A stretch of DNA of 64,000 nucleotides from Sphagnum compactum (GCA_965153455.1 OZ234493.1:24418213-24482212); one strand, 5' to 3'; counted from the first letter of the stretch, positions 47,256 through 60,899 are shown. Notes: generated from the letters alone by a model not told the origin. Translations and numbers: made by a program.

Positions 47256-48539
47256 ATCCTTAGAAGTACTCACATGTCCTGCACATTGCTTGCTCTATTT
47301 CCAATTTGATCAGTTGTAAATGTCTTCATGTCTGCAAATGATCACTTTTCTCAACAAGGTCACACAACCCATAAACTTGCTGCAGCATGATTATGAGCAT
47401 CTTGGATTTTCTGTGCCCTTGTATATAAATCAATTCTTTGGAAGATGATTCATTTGGTTAATTGTTCCAAGCTGCCTGTATGTTAATTGATGTTCTTGCA
47501 CAGCTCTAGAAGCTACTCATGAGTGTGTCGTTTGAGATGACACATTTACCTTCAACCACATATTATGATTGAGGATGAAATGATTCAAGCTTTTTCTGGT
47601 GTCTTCAACCCTGCATTGAGCTTCAGTGAAGTCATTTGGTGCTGCAGTTGCCATTCATGTCTATGCTTGATGTTTTGCATTTGCTTTTATGGTTAATTTG
47701 GTGATGTGTGTACACATTGATCAAAAGAAGAAGAACAATTGGTAAAGGGCTCCCTTTCGAGATTCAAATGTAGTAGGGCAAGAGTGGTACTTGAGATCCA
47801 GTCCTGGTGTGCTGTGGATGTGTCTAGTGTAGGGCAAAGCCCAAGGGTGAGGGCATTCCCAAAATAAGGGTGCAAGGTGAAAACCAAGTGCAAGCCTGAA
47901 TTCAGTAATGCTCTCACCCAGGGCTTTATGTGGCATAAAAATCGGTGCAACCTTCAGAGTGGGAGAACAGTGGGGGCTTTACATTTTTTGTAAAGCCCGC
48001 TGTGAAAAAAGAACACCCACTCACAGGGTGGAGGAATAATTGTGGACTATAATGTGTACTCCAGTTACACTACAAAACTTCTAAGAGGATTTTTTGTGTT
48101 TGAACTTTGAACCACCTGATGGCATTGGCCTTTAGTTTCACTGGGACTGATTCCACTCACAAGGAAGGTGATCAAGATCATACAGTTGCTTATATCTGAT
48201 TTTTGTATAAATGTTTGCAAACTTTGCATTTGTACATACATAATTTCGAAGATTTTACCGAATGGCAAGTGTCTCCACCTACATCATCTTGTATGATTTT
48301 TATCTTCTTGCACAAGATTCTAGTCTCTTTCAATGACAATGACTAACTGATTTGATTTAGTCCAATCATTGTTCATTATGACTCTTGAAGGGAGATGGTA
48401 GGTTGTGACATCACACATACTCCAATATGGATCACCAAGGTCAATGGTCATTCAACTCCTGATTCAATCCCATCTTTTAATCACCATGTGATGTCTTAGG
48501 AATCAATAAGGAAAAATATTTTGCATTCGTTTGTCATTC

Positions 48540-49420
48540 ATTTGTACCTTGTGACAAAGGAGGAAATACGAGGTCCTACAATCAACAATCTGATGTCGTT
48601 CTCAGATTGGAACAACTTTGTTTTCAAGCATTGGTGAGAGAAACTTTTGATGACAACTCCTTTCTTGGAGCAAAGTGTGAAAACTTGATGCATGATTCTG
48701 ACAATGTTGCTATTGCCTTCAAATGGCAGCACCTAAACGAAATTGGATGCTGTGAGATTTTTATATATTGATTACAACAAATTGTATTCAAGCATGGGAA
48801 ATTGTGCCATCATACAGTAATATATGGTGTGATCCAAATGGTCTAATTCAGCTCTATGTTTTTCAAGCAAAGCATGATGCACAAGTTGTTGGTCATTTTG
48901 GGTTCAACAAATCCCAAGGATACAAATGGCACTAATGTCCGAAATTATTGTTGAGCAAAACTTATCCAACCATTGGCAATCCAAACATTACCTTGGTGTT
49001 CGATTTCCAAGGTTTCATTATTGACCTTCCACCCTTTGATTCACTCAATTCAATGTTGGTGATCTTGTAGGTTGATTACGTAAAGTGGTCCATTTTGTTC
49101 CACAATGCAGAAGATTACTTGATAAACATACAACCAAATAGTTCCTTTCTCATATTATGGGGTATTGTGAACTCTGTAGTGAGGTAATTCTAATTGTTGA
49201 ACTTAGATTTTATCCAAATCTTTGAACACTTATTTGGGGAACTAGACGTCAAGGTAGATTGGCAACAATCAAAGTCTTTGAAAAAATGACAAATTGTTAT
49301 TGAACGAATTTGTTAGACTTCATATTGGTAAGAAAATTTGATTATAACATGATATCATGATGCAAGCGTCAACATTGCAAACACCTTTATATGTAAGTCA
49401 TGGTGTTTGACGTCAAAGGG
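48540..49420 (+). mobile_element. Highly decayed Gypsy integrase relic
   Basis: Broken-frame remnants KHDAQVVGHFGFNK, QPLAIQTLPWCSIS, FIIDLPP and KVVHFVP parallel the integrase of the 10-17 kb element. Confidence 0.65.
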
Positions 49421-52195
49421 TGGAAAAGGTCATGAAATCTATTAATGAAGATGGAATAGGATATTATTGGATATTTAACAAAAATACTACCATTTAATGA
49501 ACAAGTGTTTATTGGCAAGGTTATAGTGTTAACCATCATATAGATGTGGAATGATATGACGCCCTTAAAATCCCTAATATAGTCTACACTCTGAATACAC
49601 TAAAAGAACCACATGGGGTGTGTACAATGCTCAAAATTGTATTTTTTGTATTTTTGAAAAAAAAACCCAAAAGCACAGTAATTTGGATTAGCAATTTAAA
49701 AAAAAAGGAAGTTCCATTAAAATTGCAAAGTTTCAATGCTTAATATTTGATTCAAATTGATGACCTTTTAGAAGTTTTTAAATTACATATTCAAAGTAAT
49801 TATGGATAGTGTTTTTTTTTCCAATTTTTTTTTCAAAATTGGAAAATATATTAATATTGATGATTCAAAGAACAACATTAGTTGAAATTGATGAAATTCA
49901 TTTTTTAACACATTTGAATGTTTTTGGTTCAAAAGTGTTTTTGACTATATGAATTTTTAGGACTTTGAGTTTTCAATATAACTTATTCATTTTATGTGGT
50001 GAAGAATGTGTAAATGCATAATATACATGATAAAGGATGAAGATGTAGTTGAAAATAATTTATATTTAACACACCATTGTAAATTGGGAACACATGATTA
50101 CAACATGTTAAATGTAATCCTTGAAAAAAAACTTCGACATTGATGTTCATAGGTCCTTTTAATGTGCTTGAACCTCTTAGGAAAGGGTTGTTAATGTCAC
50201 AAAAATAATTAAATTAGGCTCAAAATATAACTTTGATTGGAGCTCATCAAAAGAAAAAGAACATCATCAAGTGCAACATTATCCACCTCATTAATGATGT
50301 CAAATATATAAACCATAAATAAAACTCATGTGAAGGTTTAGATTATTCATAATTGTTACATAGGTCAAACAAATATATCATAATTTGTAAATATCATGGA
50401 TGTAATCCAATATGGATGAATAACTTGTTCATTACCATCTTTTTTCTTCATTTAAAATGAATAGACAATAAAATCGGTAGAAAGGTTTTATGTGTTTCAT
50501 GTTTCCTTTTTGTTCATGTTCAAACCCTTTTTGTTTTGGGTGCATAAGAGTTCAAATGAACCAAAATTGATGTCAAAAAGTTTATTTTTTTGTAATTCTT
50601 GTTACATTTGTTTATGTGGTGCCACTTTAATGGCATGTGAATCATGGAAAGTTGTGCTTATTGAATAATATGGATATTGAAAAGTTTAAAATGAATCAAA
50701 CAAAACTCCAATATCAAAGTTTGATTTGAATAAAGGATGTTTAACAACTTCATTCAATGACACTACTTTTATAAAAGGCTCTTTAATTTTCATAATACAA
50801 TTTATTTCATCCTGGGTCTAAATTCTTTAAGGTGTACCAAAATTTTGTCACAACATCACCTTTTTTTGTCTTTTTTACTTAGTTTTTTTTTACCATGTAA
50901 AGATACATTTATTGATGATTATGATGGAATTTAGAATTGTAATGGTTCAAAATATAGTCCTTTTAAAAAAATTGACAACTTTTGACTCATTATTTTTTAT
51001 GGGGATCAAAATATAGGGTAAAAAAGGATTGCAGTAAGGACTAGGCCCTTTTTCATCCTGTGTGGTACACTTTAAAGGATTTTCACCCCCCTTAATTTTT
51101 TTATAGTAATAGCGTATTATTAGACACATAAAAAAAACACTTAAATTTTCATATTTTTTTGATTTTGTGTTTATTAAAAATTAAGGTTTAAGAAAAGTTC
51201 ATGAGTCCTTTTCAACATGAAAAAATGTGATGCAATGTATACGTTGTTTAGAAAAAACTTGTAACTTATAACATAAAAGAATAGACTTGAAAATGTTAAC
51301 ATGTTTTGGTATGATTTGAAATTACATGACAAATTTTCAAGACGAAACACAAAATCTGGCAAAATCTATGCACTTTCAAAAATTCATATTTCTCCAAATT
51401 TGATTATAAAAAAACATATTACATATTGAGGCAACTATAAATGCAAAATATATAAAGTTCAAAACATTTCATTTGAAAATTCCTCTTGAAGAAAACATGT
51501 TTTTTGGGAAAAAGGACCCCAAAAGGACAATAGTCCTAAATGCAAAGTAAACACATTGGCTCATTATATGTTGTTTGGACCCTTTTGGTTTGTCATAATT
51601 TTGATGCCCATGAAACTGCCCTTTAATCAAACATACAACCATAATAATTTGGAAAAGAATTATGAGGATGGAACAACACCACTCAAACTAAGGTTTGGAT
51701 TTGCATGTTTTTGTTTTGTAAGGGAAGAAGACCATATATGAAACTGATTTCATTTCTCAATGCTTTGTTTATGTGCTTACCATAACTAGGTTCACAAATA
51801 TGTTTCTTGAGCAAGTTTGATTTGAATTTACACATACATAACTATTTAGTGCATTTGTTTAGGTACATGTTTTTATTTCTAAATCTTGTTTCCTTAGATG
51901 CTGAAAATTTTGTTTGAAAATAAATTGATTTAGTTTCAATTTGTATTGACTTTAAATCAATAAACCAAACAAATAACCCATGGCCATAGATAATTGAATG
52001 GCCATATGACAAGCAAACAAAACCATAAAGTACCATCTAGGGTGAATAGGTTACATAACAGCCTAGTTCAAAGGAATTATGTATAATCTTCTATTTTATT
52101 TTTGGTCATGAAGCCACTTTGTAATAATTAGAATTGAGAACATAGGTTAATGGTATGATTGTGGTTATGATTTATATAAAATGAGAAAGCATATT

Positions 52196-53179
52196 ACATA
52201 TAGTAAAGGAACAATGAAGCTTCCCCTGAAGCCGGACGGATAGTCGCCTCTTTGACCTTCCTTACTATTCTATTCACAAAGAGAACAGACACACGTGCAG
52301 GCGTGCACGCAAGAGAGCAGATTATCAAGAAAGACGGCGAGCGAGACAGTAAGGATGGCAATTCCGACTATTTAGATTCTCAAAGAAAATAGACAGACGT
52401 GCATGCACGCACACACACACACACAAAAACACATATTGAAAAGGTCACGAGAGGTTGTCGTCTGCTGCATTTGTGGCACACGTCTGATAGGGCTAGCAGC
52501 AGTGTGTACAAGTGTGGTGGGATGGTGCACTTGATGATGCAACCCTGCACTTACACTTTGTAGAAGCTATATATTAAGCACTTACACTTTGTAGAAGCTA
52601 TATATTAAGAGGAACTTGCACATGGCTTTCGCAACGCCAACCTGAGATCTTACTGTTTTGCAGGCCCCGTGTTGCAAGCAGCAGCAACAGCAACTTCTGC
52701 ACGTCCGCACGCCAACCTGAGATCTTAGTGTTTCGGTACTTTCACAACCTTTCTCTATGATGCCGTTGGTGTGAGCTTTTGGTACAACTTTGTTGCGATG
52801 CATGGCTGCTTTTAATTATTTCACGTTTTTTTGTTTTCTTTTTGTTTTGTTGTCATTATCGTCGCCTACAGATTACAGAATCAGGTTCGGCGATGTAATT
52901 TTCGAGATTCATGACAACTATCGATCGACTCTTTCGACCCATCACTGTCTCCGCGTGGATCCATCGACGGATCTTGGCCTGCAAGGTCCGGTGTTGCAAG
53001 CAGCAGCAACAGCAACTTCTGCACGTCCGCACGCCAACCTGATAAGTCCATTCTCATCTTTATGCAGTAGATGTGTGGTTGTTCATACCTTCTGCAGAGA
53101 AGCATGTGTTATTAATCTGTGTTCGGGATGCTTTTGTTTTGCAGTGTGACAAGTGTGGTGACATTGCAGACCTAGGAGC
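52196..53179 (+). repeat. Left arm of ~1-kb inverted repeat
   Basis: Reverse complement of 57250-58244; roughly 17 substitutions and an 11-bp indel by manual count; mirrored ORFs in the track (52790-53149 + versus 57291-57650 -). Confidence 0.97.
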
Positions 53180-55326
53180 CATCAGCATCAGATTGTCTGA
53201 GGGTTGGAATCCCTGTACCTGCTGCCCAATCTTGCCCTGACCTGAATTGTCATTGGCACATGTTAGATTTGCTACACATTAAAAGCCTCTGATACATTAT
53301 TCCTTTGCTATCACTAATGGTTGTTTATCATGTCATTCAAACCTTGCTAATCCTACATTTTACCAATTCTTTCTTGATTTGCAGAGCTTGAGAACCAGAT
53401 TATGTGACAAGAATTCATTGAATTAGGAACTGCATACGAAGGCAATGTTAGGTCCTCAGTCTACTTGCTTTTGCTGTCATTGGTTGTGTAGGCATGAAGC
53501 TAAGTGTGGAGGAGCTTATCAGAAGACTCCTGAACCTGCAGCATGCACAGGAACACACAAGCATTGTCCTAAAAGTCCAGGTAGAAATGATTTTGCAGTT
53601 GAGTTTAAGGGGAGTTTGATTTTGGGCCTACACACGGGTTTTAGTCTTCTGTCTTTGTTTTGTTTGTCCATATGCTTATCACCCAGTTGGTCATTTGGTG
53701 AAATATTTGAGTTTCCGTAATTCTTCTTTTGCTAGAATATTATAAGTTTATAATATGGTGAAGGATTTTGGATTTCTTTTAGAGCGATGGTGCTCCCCCA
53801 TGTAATGGCCTAAATAATGAAGAAATAGCTGCTGCCATGGTTTCTCCACATGGCTGCTCTGTGGCAGCTGATGCCCCCCTTGCCCCCCCAAGCCTAAGTG
53901 TCTGTTTTAAAATATCTCAAAAAGAGGTCATATATATATATATATATATAATATTTTCATTCAAGTTTAGAAAAAAGTTGATATTGAGAATTTGGAAAAT
54001 TTTCCAAAAACTTAACAAATTTAGTCAAGACAGTAGAAAAGCTGAAATTTGTGTTTTCAAGAGTTTGGTGAATTTTTGTAATCTTTTGTCAAAATTTTCC
54101 AAATTTGCAGTAACAAAACAGAACTTTCCAATTCTTTCAAAGTTTGATGAAAATTTCCAACTTTTTTGTCATTTTTTTTTCTGAATTTGCAGTAAAAGAA
54201 TAGGGTTTTTCAAGTCTTTAATTTTCAGTTAGAATTTTCCAATTTTGTGGTTCCAAGAGTTTGGTGAAATTCCCCAATTCTTTGGTCAATTCTTCCCCAA
54301 ATTTGCATCTATTAAAAAAATCCACTTCTCTCAAGATTTGTGGTTTCAGTAGTTTGGCGATTATTTCCAAATTTTTGTCATTATTTCCCAAATTTGCAGT
54401 AAAAAAATGATATTTCCCAATTCTGCCAATTTTGTGCTTTTGAGAGTTTGGTGAATTTTCCAATTTTGTTTTCAAATTTTTTTGAATTTCCAGTATTAAA
54501 AAAACAAAAAACCAGAAATTCCCCCCTCCTGCCCCACTCCACACCACCCAAGAAGAAGGAGCCATTCCCAGATTCTCCCCCATGCATGAAATGTGGAGGA
54601 TGAATTTCAGACTTAAAAAGCTTCTCCACAGACGGCAGGAAAATGGCCTGTAGTTAGTAGTTTTGAATGAAGTACAGTCTTTAAGCACTAGGTTTGGAGT
54701 TTGGACCTTGGACCTGAAAATACGCACTATATGAAAATCTTTCACTTAGTACTCTCCAACTTTTCATGCTTATGTGCGGGTATTGAGAAATAATTAACAC
54801 TCAATGTTGTATGTGGTAAACACTCATAGACACACAACATGTGAGGGAGGGGTTCTACTTGGGTCTATTCCAATGCATGACCTGCAGCTCCACACTATTG
54901 ATTCACAGTACTTGGGATGGCCAGGAGCTCCTGGAGAGATGGTTCTCAATTTAGTGCTGGGCATCTACCAAAATCAGACCAATCTTTTGTTTTTGGCAAA
55001 ACTTTGCCAAATTTCAACCTGAAAAATATGATTTTGACCTATACAGAAGATTTTTCATGGAAAAAATGACCCAAATTCGCCAGATTTCCAAAAACTAAAA
55101 TCCAAATCTCAAGGTTTTTATGATAAGTTCCAGTAGGTAGGCAAGAATATAGAGGATTTTTTTGAAGATTATATTTTGGCATGGTGAAATATTTGAGTTT
55201 CCGTAATTCTTCTTTTGCCAGAATATTATAGTGTATAACATGGTGAAGGATTTTGGATTTATTTTAGAGGATTTTTTTGAAGATTATATTCTGCCATTTT
55301 TCTTACCAGATTTGGTGCCTTTTTTT

Positions 55327-55739
55327 TATTACATATAGTAAAGGAACAATGAAGCTTCCCTTTAATCTGGACAGACAATAGCATTAGGCCTTTCTTACTA
55401 TTCTATTCACAAAGAGAACAGACACACGTGCAGGCGCGCACGCAAGAGAGCAGATGATCAAGAAAGATGGCGAGCGAGACAGTAAGGATGGCAATTCCGG
55501 CTATTTAGATTCTCAAAGAAAACAAACAGACGTGCATGCACGCACACACACACACACACACAAAAACACAGATTGAAAAGGTTGCGAGAGGTTGTCGTCT
55601 GCTGCATCTGTGGCACACGTCTGATAGGGCTAGCAACAATGTGTACAAGTGTGGTGGGATGGTGCACTTGATGATGCAACCCTGCACTTACACTTTGTAG
55701 AAGCTATATTAAGAGGAACTTGCACATGGCTTTCGCAAC
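55327..55739 (+). repeat. Third, partial direct copy of the outer part of the inverted-repeat arm
   Basis: Matches 52192-52636 but is more diverged and has one copy of the 32-bp unit that is tandemly doubled in both arms. Confidence 0.93.
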
Positions 55740-56274
55740 TCATTATTTTCCAAGACGATGCGGCTCTGCTTCAATATAGTCCAATTGTGTGATTCTAAAC
55801 TTTTTATCCAATTTAATTCAATTAACAATAAGAAGAAAAAAATGTAAAATTGGTGGTGTGATCAATTAGTTATAATCAATGTCCAAATTGAAGTTTAGGC
55901 TTTAGTCAAATGGGTGTTTGCACACTATGGTGACCTTATATGGACGTCATAAGGGTAGGTTTTCTATATTCCCTACATAGAAGAAAATAAATAAAATAAA
56001 ATTCATTGAAATAAGAGAAAAAGGGACTCACTTATTTAAAAATATCATAATCAACCTTCCAAGAATGAAAAAATCAATCAAAATCGTGGATAACCAATAA
56101 GTAATGAACTTTTGAATTTTTGCCCACACTTTTTGTCACACTTGCAAAACTCATGGATATGACCTTTTATCTTACAATGTGTTAGTTTTATGTGTTTGGA
56201 ATTTTGGGATATTGGATGAATCATGTTTTAAAAATTAAAGATCCATTGAATGAATGGAATGTGATTTTAATTTA

Positions 56275-56303
56275 CTAGGTTGAGCCCCGTGCATAATGCA
56301 CAG
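56275..56303 (-). mobile_element. Helitron-like 3' terminus
   Basis: Minus strand reads CCTGTGCA-TTA-TGCACGGG hairpin, short spacer, then CTAG followed by T. Confidence 0.6.
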
Positions 56304-57249
56304 GTGTGTGTATTTGACGGTACATATTACAAAATGATGCTCAATGATATTGGTGTCGCAGTTACTTTGTTTATTTTAAATAAAAAATCTAGTAAGATAA
56401 TTTAGCCAAATTTGTGAGTTGATATGCTTTGGAGTGGTCTGGATCTTTATCCTGTCCTCTTTTTTTGCTTCTCATGTATGCCCTATGTTTTAGTTTACAG
56501 CTATCATTGCTGATGAGGACATTTTATCATGGTTTGTGTTGCTTATGTGGTGTGCACTGTGCACATGCTTCAGTGGACAAAGGAGGCTCTGGATATTGCT
56601 GAAGCATGCACATAATTACAACAGAAGGGTAACTATTCAACTCAAAAAATACAGAAACTCTTGAGGAAGGAGGTCAGTTTGTAATGCACTTACAGCAAGA
56701 GCTGAAGTCAGCAAAAGCTGCACTAGAAGGAGAGCAAGCCTGTAGAAGAGAATTGGAAGAAAAAATTGATTGTTTTAGAAGTGATCCAACAAATAGAGAA
56801 AACATGCATCATGAGACAAAAATTGGGTCTAAAGCATTGAGTCCGGTGACAAAAATTAGCGATCATCACCCCACCTGCTATCGATCATGTGGAGGTAAAC
56901 TATAGGATAGCTACCAAGAAGTCGGAAGCTGCTACTGTAGCGGCAGCAACCGTAACATCTCTTGGAACTCTTTTAAAGGGTACTATTGCAGGATCACATG
57001 ATGAATCTGCACCAGGATCAAATGGATCGACATTTGAACACACTGCAAAGCCACAAGTAAACTACTCATTAACTTGTCGACGTAAGAATAATTATCCAGT
57101 TGCTGTAGCAGTAGCAGCGGGTAGATCAAAGTTCGCCCTCAACAGCCAGTTTGCAAAAGGAACCATAGGTCCAGGATTCAAAACCTCATCCCCAGGCCAG
57201 AATAGCATACGTGTGAAAATGAAGGGAAGATGGCAGTGATCATTTGAAA

Positions 57250-58244
57250 GCTCCTGGGTCCTTGATCTGTCTGCAATGTCACCACACTTGTCACACTGCA
57301 AAACAAAAGCATCCCGAACACAGATTAATAACACATGCTTCTCTGCAGAAGGTATGAACAACCACACATCTACTGCATAAAGATGAGAATGGACTTATCA
57401 GGTTGGCGTGCGGACGTGCAGAAGTTGCTGTTGCTGCTGCTTGCAACACCGGACCTTGCAGGCCAAGATCCGTCGATGGATCCATGCGGAGACAGTGATG
57501 GGTCGAGAGAGTCGATTGATAGTTGTCGTGAATCCCGAAAATTACATCGACGAACTTGATTCTGTAATCTGTAGGCGACGATAATGACAACAAAACAAAA
57601 AGAAAACAAAAAAACGTGAAATAATTAAAAGCAGCCATGCATCGCAACAAAGTTGTACCAAAAGCTCACACCAACGGCATCATAGAGAAAGGTTGTGAAA
57701 GTACCGAAACACTAAGATCTCAGGTTGGCGTGCGGACGTGCAGAAGTTGCTGTTGCTGCTGCTTGCAACACGGGGCCTGTAAAACAGTAAGATCTCAGGT
57801 TGGTGTTGCGAAAGCCATGTGCAAGTTCCTCTTAATATATAGCTTCTACAAAGTGTAAGTGCTTAATATATAGCTTCTACAAAGTGTAAGTGCAGGGTTG
57901 CATCATCAAGTGCACCATCCCACCACACTTGTACACACTGCTGCTAGCCCTATCAGACGTGTGCCACAAATGCAGCAGACGACAACCTCTCGTGACCTTT
58001 TCAATCTGTGTTTTTGTGTGTGTGTGTGTGTGTGCATGCACGTCTGTCTGTTTTCTTTGAGAATCTAAATAGCCGGAATTGCCATCCTTACTGTCTCGCT
58101 CGCCGTCTTTCTTGATAATCTGCTCTCTTGCGTGCACGCCTGCACGTGTGTCTGTTCTCTTTGTGAATAGAATAGTAAGGAAGGTCAAAGAGGCGACTGT
58201 CCGTCTGGCTTCAGGGGAGGCTTCATTGTTCCTTTACTATATGT
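57250..58244 (-). repeat. Right arm of ~1-kb inverted repeat
   Basis: Reverse complement of 52196-53179. Confidence 0.97.
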
Positions 58245-60899
58245 CATTATGTTATGGACTTTTTAAAATCCCAAAAATTGTAATTATTTAAAAAGCTCTT
58301 TTAAGTATTTAAAAATAATTATTTAAAAGGAATTGTGATATTTTTTATGTCTTATAACATCCTGATTTGAAATTGAAAATTGAAAAAAATGTTACTTTCA
58401 ATATCATCTAAAGATTCATATTTTAAGCCAATTTACAACTACATTAGAAAAGGACTTTGAAAAGGGATTCTAATTGGCTGAAATTGTGACACCCTAATGT
58501 ACTTTCGCCCAAATTTTGGGCTTCTACGCTTGTCCATATTAAGTAAAAAAAATTAGGATTAACGAATGGGTTTGTGATGGTTCATGTTTAAAGTATGGAA
58601 CACAAGATTAATGGGTCATGTGTAACCTTGTTTTTGGCCAAAAATAACCAAAAGGCAACATTGCTAATGATCATGTGACTTGTCCATTTAAAAATTAGGG
58701 CCGTAAAAATGACGGACCATTGGCTAATCCTCCTAGCACCACATGGCACCATTGCCCCCCAAAACCTTAACGTGTAGGTTTTATCATTCTCATTATACCT
58801 AATAATTCCTTTTTGCTAACAACTTTGCCTGGTTAAGGAACTTTTTACCACTTAGCTTTCCATTGTGCATAGGTTAGTTTGCTAATAATAGGCAATATAA
58901 GTTCATTGCTTGTCATTAACACTCTAACACTGTTAAGTTATTTGACTTGCATGATTTAGGTATTAGAGGCTAGAGCGATGGTTTATAGATTGCAAAATTT
59001 AACTTTCATAAATCTTTGATTTTGGCGATTTGGATACTAAGAACTTATGGTTGATTAATAAACAGTCAGGACTTGGAAAGCCTCTTGAGTCTAGGGTAGC
59101 AAAGGTGTCTAGTTTGGTGGTGTATCCTAGGAAGCTTAAAGGTGGTGGTGCACATCACAATAGTTTATCAAAAAAGAGCCATTCAGTTAGAGTTTCATCA
59201 ATCGTTCAATGTGGGAGTGTTTTCTTCTTGAAAAGGTTGAATAAACATTCTATGGTTTGTACATACACTTGAAGTTCAAATATAATTTCATGTAAAATCA
59301 AGACATTGGGATTGGTGTGTGCAATTTACAAAGATGTACCTATTGGTTTTTAGTTCTTTGTGTGAAGAACTTTTGTTTATCAGAAAATATTTGTGGCCAT
59401 AGCTAGACCTTCATTTGTTGTATCTTATAACTAGGTAGCAAAGGCAGTGCCACATATTCCTTGGACTTGTTGATCATGGTTTGTTAACATTTGTAGGGCT
59501 TAATGTTTTAAAGGTTTAGGTGCCACGTCCTATTACAACCTACTAAAGTTTCTAGGTTTTATAATAGTTAATCCTAAATCCTAAGTCTCAATTCTTGATT
59601 ATTCAATGTTGAATGTTTGTTGTTGAGTTTTAAATCTTTGTAATTGTCATGTGTTGTAAATTTGTAGATCCATATAAATTTTGTGGGTGAAATACAATCT
59701 ACATTCTGAAGATACAAAAATTTTAAAGCACCATGTTGATCTTGTTTAATAGCTTACATTTGAATTATGAGATTATATGTTGTCATGTGTTGTAAATTTC
59801 GAAGTTCAAAAATCCAAATTCTAATTTTCAACTTCCAAGCTTTTGATTACATGATTCTAGTTTGTTATAAGTGTTTTGACCCTAGCTACTCAATGGTTCA
59901 TATCTTCATTTTTTATGGTCATTGAGTATATAATGGTTTAACAAATCTGGATTTTGAATTCAAGATGATTCTTAAAACTTGAAGGCTTCACTTTTAGGTG
60001 CCTAATTCCTTAGAACTTCCAAAATCCAAGATCATGAATCTTGAATCCTTGATCATGATTTGTTATTTCTTTGCATTCGTACTTCAAAAGGCTTCACTTT
60101 TCAAATTTTTATACCAAAATTTTTACAAATGAAAATGTTCTAGAATCTAAGTTCCTAAGTCTAGCCTACTATTTTTGATGCTGTTGTAAATTCCTTGATC
60201 CTTATTTGTTTATTTTCATAGCATAAACATGGCATTGTTTTAGATATTAGTAAAAAATACCATGTTTTCATTCCTTTTTATGCACTAGGAAATGCACCAA
60301 AAAAAGGCCTTATCATTGTTTACATGGTGTTCAAGTAGTATTTGTGATTTTACTACATTTTTAGTACTTGATTCTTAAGAAAGATCTGGAAGTTCTTGAG
60401 TCTTGGATCCTTGTTATTGATTGTCATTTGTTATAATACCTTTCATGACCATTTCAATGTTTCACGTATTGATTCTTGAATCTAATTGATGTTCATTGCT
60501 TGCATTGTGTTTTAACATATTTGGATTTTGGACTTTGGGACTTGGGTATTTTTATTTTTGGAAGGCCTCATCTTTTGTATCTATTTTTTAAGAATTTCAG
60601 AATTAAGCTCCTAAGTTGTGATGATGATGATTAGTTCTTGTTTCCTTCATAATCATATGCTGTTGCTTGAAAGTTGAAAGTATTTCAAATTTTTATCATC
60701 TAAAAGGCATTTACTTTCGAATTTTGATGATTAATCATTGTTTTGTTGAAATGTATAGCCACCATGGCCCCCTTACAAATTCTCAAAAAGTTCAAGTTCC
60801 AACTTATCCATCTTTTGTTTTCATTAGATTAAAATGGGACTAGTCCATCTTTTTCATTAGGACATTGTGCTTCTATTTCTTTTAATGAAATATCTCCAA

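Larger units (their letters stand above)
53385..57239 (+). pseudogene. Putative decayed spliced gene (coiled-coil C-terminal part) between the inverted arms
   Basis: AG/GT-bounded, phase-compatible segments 53492-53580 (MKLSVEELIRRLLNLQHAQEHTSIVLKVQ), 54888-54941 (LHTIDSQYLGWPGAPGEM) and 56574-57239 (WTKEALDIAEACT*..LQQELKSAKAALEGEQACRRELEEK, with a stop and frameshifts). Family not recognised. Confidence 0.45.

Noticed and set aside
52582-53149. Duplicated small protein genes mirrored at 57291-57858
   Set aside because: ORF identity simply reflects the inverted repeat; no domain evidence.
53837-54745. ORFs of 115-175 aa in AT-rich DNA
   Set aside because: Derived from degenerate gagtttggtgaa/tttccaa repeats with biased composition.
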